This document shows positions 11,381 through 22,928 of a DNA stretch of 64,000 nt, piece by piece (the stretch's first letter is position 1; every line of letters begins with the position of its first letter). The translations under genes were made by a program, and so were the position numbers. The stretch comes from Macrostomum lignano. Its lineage: Eukaryota. The stretch lies in the NCBI GenBank assembly GCA_002269645.1, contig NIVC01000016.1, positions 806,001 through 870,000 of the forward strand, in the 5' to 3' direction. The notes under the pieces were generated by a model. That model did not search any database, was not told the origin of the DNA, and saw nothing but the letters and a program-made list of their open reading frames with translations.

Positions 11381-13489
11381 GCGCAACTTTTTTGCTTTTG
11401 GCATCTAGTGGCGGCGTTTTGCTTGGCACCTCTGTGTGGCGCTCTTGTGTGGCGCCTCATTTTATCTATTCGTCTGGCGCTTGCTGCGATTGTTTTTTTG
11501 AACTTTTTGGAACTTTTAACCAGCACTCCATGCCGGGCCTCTTTTTGCCTCTTTAATTTCTTAGAGCTTCGAAATCGCCAAGTTCGAGACAAATTAAGGA
11601 TTTGCGTGTTCCTCTCTGTTGTTACTCCTTGATTAATTTATCCCAGAAATTTGCTCGCCCGCCAATCTGCCGCAGGGCCATTCAAAAAAAACTGATGCAG
11701 AAGATCAGCAGAGGATTTGGGCTAACCACGCTGAGTCCCCTGTTGGCGCCGGTTCATTAAAATCTGTTGAATTTGCCGACAGAAATTCGATTTAGCTGGA
11801 AACGAACTTCAAAATCAAGAAATCAACGGCTGGCTGACAGGGCCGGGCCAACGAGGGAAGAAAGTGAGAGGGCTGAGAATGAGGGGAGCTCGGCACGCTA
11901 CGAGAGCGGCCAATCACGGGCGCTAATAGGATTTGATGGACTCAATTACAAGCCAACCCCGCCCCATAGGAGAAAGCGGCCGAGGCCGGCAGATCCCACA
12001 GGCTGCATGCCAAATTAGCAGCAATTAATCTCGGGCTAAACTGCCGCTGCCGCCGCCCCTTGGCGCTGATGGAATCTCTTTTTTTGTTTAACTGATCTCT
12101 GCTGGAGAAGCCGCGGGCAGACCGTGGGCGCGGCGGGGGACCGCCAGTCCTTCTCGCTAATCGAATTTCTGCTCGGCAAATTGGTCGGGGGGCGAAAATC
12201 TGGCCTATAGGGACGAATCAGGCATCATTGCAGCCCCCGCTCATCTAATTAACACAAAGAAAACTGATCATTAGCAGCTCATTGATCGGCTTGTTGGAGC
12301 TGAGCTGGGAATATATTTGTCTAGGCGGGGGATTTCGCGCCCAGACTGCAGATCGGGCTCAGGGAGGAGAAGGGGTGGGAGATTCAGAAAAGCACCTAGG
12401 ATATTTCTCTTATGCAGCTGGGCTGTTGCTCTCGCTAAGGAGGCTATATTTGAGGTGACGCAGCACGCTAGGGAGTGTTATAGTAAGCATAATGGGTTGA
12501 GCATGCCCTGGCCAGGTGGTTTTAATTGGCCCTAATTAGGGGAAGCGATGCAGCCAGCTTCAGAGCTAAGAAACTAGCTGGAAATCCCGGAGCTCACCCG
12601 CCAATATCTGGCTCTGGCTTGAAGTGCCTCCGAAATCTGCCCTGATAATCTAATGATCCCATTCTGTGACATAATCTCCGGGTAATTAGGTTCAAATAAT
12701 ACAGATTAAGGCCGCAACTATGGGGCATGATCTGCTGCAATTAGGCCCGGGCTGACGGGCGAGAGGGCAGCGCCTCACCTGCGCACCCCCCCCCCTGTCA
12801 GCCTGAAATCCCCTCTCCGGCCAATTATGCTCAATGATGCGAGCGGCGCCCCCATCTTCGTCTAACCATTTTCCCAGCTTCCGCTCCTTGCTCGGCCGGA
12901 GCAGGGGAACTCGGTTTCCGCTGCGCGGCTCAGCGGCAGTGCTCAAAGTCGGGGACTCGAGTAGGGGGGGGGAGGCCAACTTTTTTCGCAAAATGACAAA
13001 ATTGTTCTGACTGTGGGGTCTTGAAAAAAATTTAGAAATTCTGTGCAGCTTTCTTTGGTCGGTTAACGAGCATTTATTCCGGGGATTAACAACGGTAATT
13101 AGCGGCATGTACAGCTGGGCAGGCGGTCAAGAATGCTGAAATCAGGCTTTGACATGTGCGTACATCAAGGATGCATCAAGTCGGAATTTGTTCAACTTGA
13201 CCACTGCGACGAACTCTGCGACATCAGTGCAAGCGGCAGGAATGCTTGTGTCCTGAAGGTAGACAGCCTTTGTTCCCGAGGTCCGAGTGTCTGATTGCAC
13301 CTCATGAAGACCTGCATGAGCAACCACTCATTTTTCTTGCAATTCTCTCGGGATTCTGCTATTCTGAATCCATGCTTTCCGACTCAATTCTGATTCAATC
13401 TCCGTCGAGTCATCGCTGGATAATGCTTCTTCCGAATTGAAATCGAATCTTACGAGTAGTCTGCGCAAGGCGTCACTTTTAGCTTTCCT

Positions 13490-14493
13490 TTCCGAGGCGC
13501 TGATGGACAGGCGACAGAGCTTCCGCGTTGTCAGCAATTCGTCTACCTCGGCGGTCTGGTCTGGTCGAGATACGCTTGCGCCGTTCCTGTTCGTTCTGGT
13601 GCTTGACTGGGTGCTGCGGACCGCTCTTCCTACCAACGACGACGGCTTTCTGTTGCGGCGACGCGTGGGTCGACGTCAACCGGAGAGGCGGCTCAGCGTG
13701 CTTGGCTACGCCGACGATCTCGCCCTGCTGTCCTTAACTGTCGAGGGCGCCCAGCGACAAATAGACAAGCTAGTTGCTGTTGCGGCGAGTGTCGGCCTGG
13801 TGGTCAACACGCAGAAGACCGTCATGCTCTGCGTGCCAGACGACATCGAGGCTATGATTTTGTGCCGAAGCGCTGATGGAAAGGCGACAGAGCTTCCGCG
13901 TTGTCAGCAGTTGGTCTACCTCGGCGGTCTGGTTCCCAGCGTCCGCGAGGATTTGCGGCGTCGCTGCGGGCTTGCCTGGGCTGCCTTTCGTTCTGTGAGG
14001 GCAGTCCTGCAGTCCGAGGCCTTACCTGACCGCCAGAGGGCGGCGTTGTTCCAGGCGGTGATCGAGACCGGCCTGCTGTACAACGCCGAGACCTGGACGC
14101 TGACGGAGTTGCTCGAGCAACAAGTCGACGCGGCGCACGCTGGGCTGCTGCGCGCCGCCTTCAAGATCGGCTACGAGCGAGTGACCAACGCGGCTTTGTA
14201 TCGCCGCGCCGGCCTGGTCCGTCCAAGCGACCTGTTGCGCCGTCGGCGACTCCAACTGGCAGGCCATTTCATCCGCGCCGAGTCGTACTGCCCACAGCCG
14301 GTGCAGGAGGTGCTGCTGCTGACGCTGCAGGCACCTACCGGCAGGGGCAGGCGCGCACTCGGCGTTTCGTCGACTGCCTGCTGGCTGACGCCGGCGTCCC
14401 GGATTCGGCCGGCGGCTTGGCGTTCATTCGCGACCTGGCCTTGAAGCGCGCCCTGTGACGCTAACTGCGTATTCTGTTGTTGTTGTTGTTGTT
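13490..14493 (+). mobile_element. 5'-truncated non-LTR retrotransposon (RTE-like by inference): RT C-terminal half with (TTG)n tail
   Basis: RT motifs DTLAPFLFVLVLD, GYADDLALL, GLVVNTQKT, VYLG and LLYNAETWTLT. Probable 1-bp frameshift at ~14335. (TTG)n at 14475-14493. Confidence 0.9.
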
Positions 14494-15492
14494 TTCGTAG
14501 ATTTGTGGATTTAAACAGGATTTAAATCTATTTGTGGATTTAAAGGAAGGTTTAAACAGGAGCAGAACTCTGTGGTATACTCATGGAGGAAAGAAAATAA
14601 TGGATTACTGTTTTTGTTTTTGCTCTTTTTCGACTTTTGGTATCCTGGTACCCCCCCCTCCATTTCATTGGCTATTCCAAATTCCATAGACAGCGGAAAC
14701 CCATGCAGTTCGTCAGATTGATACGAGCTGTCACATCATTCCGTGCCATCGTAATAACTTAAAGTGAGCTTAATGTGGTTAATATTGTCCGAGGCTGCAT
14801 TTAATGGTGGTTAAGTCTCTCTTAAATCACGTACACAAGCGTAATTTCTGGAAAGATGACCGGGTCATCACCATAATTTTTTTCCAGCCACTCTTTCCCC
14901 TCCACATATAAATAATCCTAAATTCTTTCGCTAATCCGCATCTGTTGATTGTCTCAATTTTGTCGAAAATTAGAACCCGCAAGCCCGTGAAATTGGCTGA
15001 TTTGGCAGCCGGCCAGACCGCAATGGCGTTTCACCCTCCGCCATCGTCAATTGAGCAATCGGTTGAGAGAAGATCGGAACGCGTCGAGGACCCGTGAGGG
15101 GATCACAGGTGGATTAGCCTGATCTCCTCCCAATTCTATGCGGTGTTGCCAATCGTGGATCATCATTGACCTGCCCCCTTTTGTTCGAATCCCTCGGGGT
15201 GAGCGGGGATTTCAGCCGGAGGGCGCAGTAAAGTGTCGTGTCAGAAAAAATTGATGAGACAAGAGCCGCCAGACACCGAGGCGGATGAAGCTGATGGGGA
15301 TAAACCTGCCTATAGCCTAGCTCTCAAATTATTTGATCTCCTGGGTGTGCTGGGGACCAGGTTCGGATGCTTCTTCAACTATTCTGTCTTTACACGATTG
15401 CACCCCTCGCTCCACAGGGGGTGGTTCGGCCAAGGAGACCCTGAAGCGGAGTCTGGGGCGTCAACTGTGAATCAGGCCCATAAAGTGACTGT

Positions 15493-16190
15493 CAAGGACG
15501 ACTTAAGTAGAAGGACGGGAAACCTCGTTTCTTAGAAAATTTTTGAAGGCACTTTTTCCCGAAAAAATACACTGCGGAGATAGGAAATTTTCATTTTTTC
15601 AGCACAAAAATTGCTATAACTTTTGATAGGAGGCAGATCCAGTGTTGATCTTTTGATATGTTGTGCCTTTTTTATTGCTCTATCGATATTTATAAAGCTT
15701 TCCGTTCAGAAAATTAGGATTCTATGTTAATTTTTTATTCTACGTATATTTCCTGTATCTAAAAATCACAAAAATGCATAACACAGCTCTAATATTTAGT
15801 TTTATGAATTTATTTTATCATCTATGTTACGACTATTTGCTATACAGTCAGGTAAGAAGGATAAAATAGACTCATAAAATCAAAGAGCCAAGCCGTGGCA
15901 TTCTAATGTATTTCAAGCACAAGACACATGAAAATATACGTAGAATTAAAAATTAACATAGAATCCTAATTTTCTGAACGGAAAGCTTTATAAATATCGA
16001 TAGAGCAATAAAAAAGGCACAACATATCAAAAGATCAACACTGGATCTGCCTCCTATCAAAAGTTATAGCAATTTTTGTGCTGAAAAAATGAAAATTTCC
16101 TATCTCCGCAGTGTATTTTTTCGGGAAAAAGTGGCTTCAAAAAATTTCTAAGAAACGAGGTTTCCCGTCCTTCTACTTAAGTCGTCCTTG
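15493..16190. mobile_element. Non-autonomous foldback DNA transposon (MITE): ~260-bp TIRs, 8-bp TSD GTGACTGT
   Basis: Both ends read CAAGGACGACTTAAGTAGAAGGACGGG inward. GTGACTGT lies at 15485-15492 and 16191-16198. Confidence 0.95.
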
Positions 16191-16571
16191 GTGACTGTTC
16201 GCAGGTGCATAAAGCAGCTGTCAGTTATTACGACCCAGTGATATACTCTGATCGAACTAACTTTATACGAACTAATGGTTCAGAGTACCGGGGTAGAAAA
16301 TCATGGAACCCCCTGCTCAGCGATGCCACCCTCTCAAGCAGAAATGGATATTTTTTTCATTACACCGGTGGATATCGACGTGATACGTCGGCCTACGTCG
16401 AATTTCTGTTGCCGATAAACCGACTGCAGCTTTTTCGTTTCTGCACCCAAAAGAGAGGCGATTTACCGCTCGGGAGCACGAGAATTTCCCACAGGAAGTT
16501 TTCCCGCCGAGGTTTGCCAGCCGGACTTTCCAGTCGGAAGTTCAAATCAAATCCAGTCTGCAGACTTTACT

Positions 16572-16840
16572 AGACTAGATTAGAACTAGACTAGACTATA
16601 CTAGACTGGATTAGAACTAGACTAGACTATACTAGACTGGATTAGAACTAGATTAGAACTAGACTAGACTATGCTAAATTAGAACTAGACTACACTAGAT
16701 TAGAACTAGACTAGATTAGATTAGAGCTAGATTAGACTAGATTAGAACTAGACTAGATTAGATTAGAGCTAGATTAGACTAGATTAGAACTAGACTAGAT
16801 TAGATTAGAGCTAGATTAGACTAGATTAGAACTAAATTAC
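16572..16840. repeat. (ACTAG/ATTAG)n microsatellite
   Basis: Directly visible. Confidence 0.95.
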
Positions 16841-18349
16841 AATATTATTATTAAATTAAATTAAAGTAAATTAATAAATTATTCAATTACAATATTTAAT
16901 AACTGCGGGAGGCTGCGGGTGGGCACCCTGGTGCAACGCCTTTGGCGACATAGTCGATCCCACAAGCAGCCAGGAGGCAATTCTGCCCATTTCGCTGACT
17001 CGTATAAGGCGCCAGTACAGCGGCACTTTGACTTTCCAACAGTTTTTAATAAAGTTTAGAAGTTTGTGCAGATAAACTTAGTAAAAACTGTCTGAACTGA
17101 GAAATGACGCAATCCAAATTCTTCATCAAAGTGTCCCTGGGTTCGGCTCGTTCCTACTACTAGAAGAGGACCGCAGGTGCAAACCCGGCCTGGCTCAGCG
17201 TCGAAATCTGGCACTTACGCCCCTGGACCTCGATCGCTTCATCCGCTCTCGTAATGGCTGAGCCCATGCAGACTGGATTGGGCCTCCGAGAGGACCCCCG
17301 GCTGCGCTCAAGTGGCCTCTCCGCCCACCGTTGCGTCGGGGGCAACAGCCGGCGATTCCAAACTGTTATCAAGGTGTACTTTAATTATGCCGGTTCACTT
17401 GACCGATTTGAGTGTGGCAAGCAATTGGCGAAGATTTCACTCGCAGAAAGAGGATTATACTGCATTGATTAAATAATGCTCAGGTGCGCTTGACACGTCT
17501 GTAGTGCACGGTGGGCTTCAGCTCGATCGCTGTTAGAGATGACATTAGGAAGGACGCGAGTGCAGTCTCGGTGACGCAAGTTCAACATCCAGGGGCGGGT
17601 CGACGCAAGGAGGATTGTAATTAAGAGGCTGTTTGGGGGGTCATTTTTGAAGGTTAAGGGTAAAAAGAGGTTTCTTAACACTAAATTCACAATATCTCAA
17701 CTTCTGGACTTCCACAGTGCGTTTGCAATTTTAACAAACTCTTTTCCATGAAATGCTACGAGTACCCGAAGCGAACGACAAGCAAGCAAAGTTCTGACGA
17801 AATTTCACTTTTTCTTATTTCTGTGTTTAATTGATTATGCATACAATTAACGCCATTTATTTCGGATTCTTAGTAGCTTAGAAATTCCGAGGCTGCATTT
17901 AAAGGTAATTACTTAATTCTCAGTATATTTTTTGAGGAGAATAAAATCGACCATTTAATGATATCAGGAGCATTAAACAGTAAATTCTCCTTAAAGGTGA
18001 AATAATTTTTGTCATAGAGTACCGACTGGCCACAAACATATTTTAAACACTGATATTTCTTGACTGAATACATGTATGTTCATGGCAAAACTTCATTCAG
18101 TGTTTTGTAAAAATGCTAATCATGGACAACTAGAGTAGAAACTTGTTGTACTCTACTCTAGTTGTCCATGATACTAATCTTAAGGTCAGAAAGATGTCCA
18201 GCAGGTGAAGAGATGTTGTGTGAATTCAATGCTAAAAATATGAAATCGTCTTATCTCAATAAAACATTTTGGAGCGAAAACCGGCCTCCCCAGCAAAATC
18301 TGCCTGATTTGAAGTACATGTAGTACTTAATACAACCTGGAAGCTGACG

Positions 18350-18416
18350 GACTACTGCTCAGAGCCGGTGCAGGAGGTGCTGCTGATGCTGCAGGCACCC
18401 TACCGGCCAGGACAGG
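18350..18416 (+). mobile_element. Small relic of the same non-LTR family as 13490-14493
   Basis: AGCCGGTGCAGGAGGTGCTGCTG..GCTGCAGGCACC shared with 14296-14345. Confidence 0.75.
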
Positions 18417-19335
18417 TAGTTTAGGGCTCTCTTAATCAGCATTGGCAGCCTTCAAGCTGTAGGATTCTTTTCTCCCGCGACATACTACTCACAATCTGGC
18501 TGACCAGTAGCACATAGAGCAAATCAGTCGTTTTTTATCTAGCCAAGGGTAAGAAATAAAAAACTAAGTAAAATTCAAGTTTTTTCAGTGACACATCAAG
18601 AGCCGATAAAAGTGCAACAAGCCGGTGTACTTTAATATCTGTGAATAAAACAATGTATTGCATCATGGCTAAACAGGAATTGCACTCGATATTTATAGTA
18701 AAAAAAAAACAAATTAAATATGAGACTTTTTATAAAAGATTCAGTCAACAACAAACAGCAGAATTTTTAAAACAAAAGAATATGACAAAAAACGCGCCGA
18801 TTTAAAAAAAGCTGTTTTATATTGCGTTTAGACTTTTCAATTAAAAGCAACTGTTAAAAGTGCACTGACTAAAAACATGCGGCATATGGACATATATACT
18901 ATAGTACAGTATACAACAGTTAATATAAAATGGAATGTTCTTTACAATAACAAAAAACTAATCAGGAATGTGATTTGTTAAAAATTGCAACATAAAATCA
19001 CTAAACTAAATTCAATAATATTTACGCACTGTAAATAAGATTCAATGTGTAAAAAGAGATCAAATTCGACAGAGAAACTTTTAAAACAGACTATTTTTAA
19101 TCGATAATTTTGATCATAGGAAAATTATTGCACAACACAAACACAAAAAGGACTATTCGCCCGCGAAGAATAGGATACTCTTGTACTTGATTTCTTGAAT
19201 TTATGGGAAATATCAACACAGTTTGTCTGCTTCGTTACTTGAGTCTTTGTGCGTAGCAAAATGTCCTAGCCTTCCTACTTTTAGTAGAGTTTAAGAAAAA
19301 AAACACAACAGAGTTAACCGAATAGTTATGACTGT

Positions 19336-19426
19336 TGAAAACTTGAAATTCACACCTTGTTCAATGAGCCCATGGATCCGTGCGGTGTCCGGCTCACGGC
19401 ATTGGCTGACACGGTGCCGCTCATCA
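19336..19426 (-). CDS. Possible downstream/terminal exon of the two-TM gene
   Basis: GC-rich island after an aaaccag acceptor. One frame gives EMLMSGTVSANAVSRTPHGSMGSLNKV* but needs an unseen intermediate exon; the phase-0 frame gives GDADERHR... Unresolved. Confidence 0.3.
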
Positions 19427-19554
19427 GCATCTCCCTGGTTTTTTGTTTCGTTTTCGTAGATCGTATAAATATTTTTACAATTCAAAATTAATACACTTTT
19501 ACACACCAGTCTACTATAAGTAGGCGATACTGAGGGAGAACGGACAGGCGGATC

Positions 19555-20012
19555 CAAGGGCACTGGGTGAGGAGCAAAGAGGCGGATTCAAGGACACTGG
19601 GTGAGGAGCGGAGAGGCGGATTCAAGGACACTGGGTGAGGAGCGGAGAGGCGGATTCAAGGACATTGGGTGAGGAGCGGAGAGGCGGATTCAAGGACACT
19701 GGGTGAGGAGCGGAGAGGCGGATTCAAGGACACTGGGTGAGGAGCGGAGAGGCGGATTCAAGGACACTGGGTGAGGAGCGGAGAGGCGGATTCAAGGACA
19801 CTGGGTGAGGAGCGGAGAGGCGGATTCAAGGACACTGGGTGAGGAGCGGAGAGGCGGATTCAAGGACACTGGGTGAGGAGCGGAGAGGCGGATTCAAGGA
19901 CACTGGGTGAGGAGCGGAGAGGCGGATTCAAGGACACTGGGTGAGGAGCGGAGAGACGGATTCAAGGACACTGGGTGAGGAGTGGAGAGGCGGATTCAAG
20001 GACACTGGGTGA
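19555..20012. repeat. 34-bp minisatellite (GGACACTGGGTGAGGAGCGGAGAGGCGGATTCAA)
   Basis: About 13 near-identical units. Confidence 0.97.
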
Positions 20013-22310
20013 GAGCAGAGAGGCAGTTAAATAACACAAAAATGCCACTAAGTCACTTACGTTGGCGGAGCTTTAACTGGCCCAGCCCTGTTGGTTGTTG
20101 CTTGAATGAGGGAATCGCTGGCCGAAGTGAACTAAAAACAATTTCAATAAAATTTGAAACATATTAGATTAGTTTATTTAGGTAGTCAATTCAAAATTAA
20201 AAGACAGTACAGCAAGTAAAACATGGAAACTAAATATGGTTTTTTAACTAACTATTATTTTGGACCCATCTGTTGTTAGCAAAGAGCAGTCATATGACAA
20301 TTTTTTTGTAGAAATATTAAACATGATATTTGCAGGATTTATGAAAATAGCTCCCAAAAAGGCATGCTTAATCTCATATAAAAGATAGACATAAATATTT
20401 TTCTAGGATATTATTGACTATTATCAAATTAAATCCGAGTGAATGCAAATATGTCCCAGAAAATCTTTACATCAATGTTTTATAATCTAGTAGTGAAAAA
20501 CAGATGGCAGTTTCTGGAAAATGAGCCACTTTAGACCTTTAGAGCCCTTATTAAAGACCACTTTAGAGCCACTTTAGGTAAGCTGCCACTGAAGAGAACT
20601 TTGCTAGATAAGAAATCAGCTATGTCTACTGGGTTGGTGCATATCATCTTATACAATCATAATCAATTGATGATAGTAAGCAAAATCATTACCAAGTAGA
20701 TCATACAAGTGTATATACATGCACACCCCCTAATTTACACTGGCTATGTAACTTTCTTTTTTGACCAAAAAATGCTGCTAGGCCTAACCTACTAGTTATA
20801 AGAAACCTAAGAAAAGTTAACCTAATTTTGGGTAAATGGCAACAGTAACCATGCCTATACTATTAAGGCTAAATGCCTCATCATTTAATATTAGTATTAT
20901 ATCTGTATCTATAAGTTTCTTATGCTAAAATTCTAAAATTATAGAAGTGCTATAGTTATGCCAAGCAAATTGTTTAATAAGGTATCTACTTGATTGACTA
21001 GGCCCTATATTGAAACTTTAACTAATTGTTCTTGTTTTAACCAAGTCGAAAATGCATTGAATTGCTTTATAATATCCAAAATAAAGTTTTGCATAAATTG
21101 CTTCAACATGATTTTATTTTAAACATAAAAATATACTTTGTTTTATTAGATAAAAGTATGGATTCTTAAGCTAGATTACCAAGATTGGGAAGTATTCTAA
21201 TACTTAAAATATAGGCCTAGCTATGGGGTAAGACCAAGATGGCCACACACCAAGATGGCCATGGCCATAGCCACAACATTAAATCTCTATTATATCTGCT
21301 CTTCTCTAACAATAATTAGCAACTTAATAGCTATTGTTTTATTATCATGAAGTATTTATTTTGAATCAATCATATTTATAATATATTGATACAATAATAG
21401 ATTTGAAACAAATTATTCATAATAATTTTTTAAAATCTTTTTAGTGTTTATGCCAATTTATTCCCATAAGGCCATATATATCAAATATATCACTATCAGT
21501 TTATTAAGAAACCATTGCTAATAATAATGCAATGCAAAAATGAGTTAAATATACAACAAGGTATTTATTTTATGCTTGGCTACTTGCTTTATTTAGAAAA
21601 TAAACATCTATAGGCCAAGCTACAATAAAAGCTAGGCCTAAAAACAAAGAGAATGATTATAATATAATATAATTCCATTTTAGCATATATACTTCCTAAT
21701 TATTACCAATAGGGAAATAGAAATGAGTAAGATATATAGACCTATACTTATTATTTTTTATTTTAATTTAGACATTTAGATCTATGGCCATCTTGTATCA
21801 TGTATCCTAGCTATAGTCTAGATCATATAAGCGCAACTACTGGCTAACCTGGCCAATCTGGCTATTGAAAATGTTGGTGGACCAGGGGTAAGCTACAAAA
21901 AATGGCAACCCAAAAGAATAGACATAATACTAATTAGATGATGAGGCATTTAGCCTTAATAAGACAGTTATAGTTACTCTTGCTATTTACCCAAAATGGT
22001 ATTTTTTATGAACTTGTGTTTTTTCCTATGGAAGTTTCCTAAAAAGATATTATAGTCATTGGCCTAATGTCATAATGAGTGATATATAAACTAAGTCTAA
22101 ACAATACATTCATTGGTATACTAGGCCTAGCCGCCTAGGCCTAATCAAATAATAATAATTAAAGCATTCAATGAGAAATATAACTTTATAAGCTTTTAGT
22201 TTATTATGGCCAAACTATATTTGAATTTCTAATCCTAAATATATGTTCAGTGATTATAATTCAAACATATTTACAATGCATTTGATAGAAAAAGTGAATG
22301 AAAAACTTAC

Positions 22311-22928
22311 TTTGATTCTATTTCTCTCATTGTTGCTAATTATATAGGCATCATATAAGAACTTGATTCCACCAGCCAATGAAGCAATTCCCAAAGAAAT
22401 CAATAGAGGTCCAATAATTTCGCCTTTGTCAATAGAGAGCATGATGTTGTTGTGAAAACGAAGAAGCAGCACAACAACTCCAAGAAGAATTAAAACGCCA
22501 CCAAGCACAAACAGTGCAACAGCAATGAAAAATGGAGTTCGACCTTTGCCGTACATTGGCGACTGCAAGTTTCGTCGTAACTTTTTGTCTTGATACTCTC
22601 TACGAATGTTGGTCTTTCCGCCTCTCTCACTGACTACGGAAGCTTTCGATGCACCGAGGCTTCTTGACTGGCGAGCCAGATTGCTTCGCGAGCCAGTTCG
22701 ACCTCCCATTGTTGAATTTTGATTGGGAATGAATTGCCCACTGGCATACGGATTTACTGAGCCACGAACTGACATTCCCTGCCCTGGATAGCCAACTGGA
22801 GCGCCAAAACTGCCAGTTGCGCTCGGATAGCTAATTTGCCTGGATTCATAACCAGACAACATCGGAAGAGACTGTTGTTGCTGATATGGCACACCTGATT
22901 GTGACTTTGAAATATGCGCTTGTGCCAT
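22311..22928 (-). CDS. Coding exon of an uncharacterised membrane protein: Ser/Gly/Gln-rich N-terminus plus two TM helices
   Basis: 206 open codons from ATG 22928 to a GTAAGT donor. Hydrophobic segments FFIAVALFVLGGVLILLGVVVLLL and IIGPLLISLGIASLAGGIKFLY. Likely acceptor (ttccacccag) near 23027. Confidence 0.8.

Noticed and set aside
11650-13120. TAAT/ATTA-rich unique region upstream of Bsx as enhancers
   Set aside because: Plausible, but 4-mer cores are too common to support a call without conservation data.
13437-13560. N-terminal part of the 335-aa RT ORF as a real start
   Set aside because: TTG start and chimeric sequence preceding the RT motifs; the element is 5'-truncated.
15233-15535. 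100-aa ORF running into the foldback MITE
   Set aside because: GTG start, no recognisable motif, and it ends inside the TIR.
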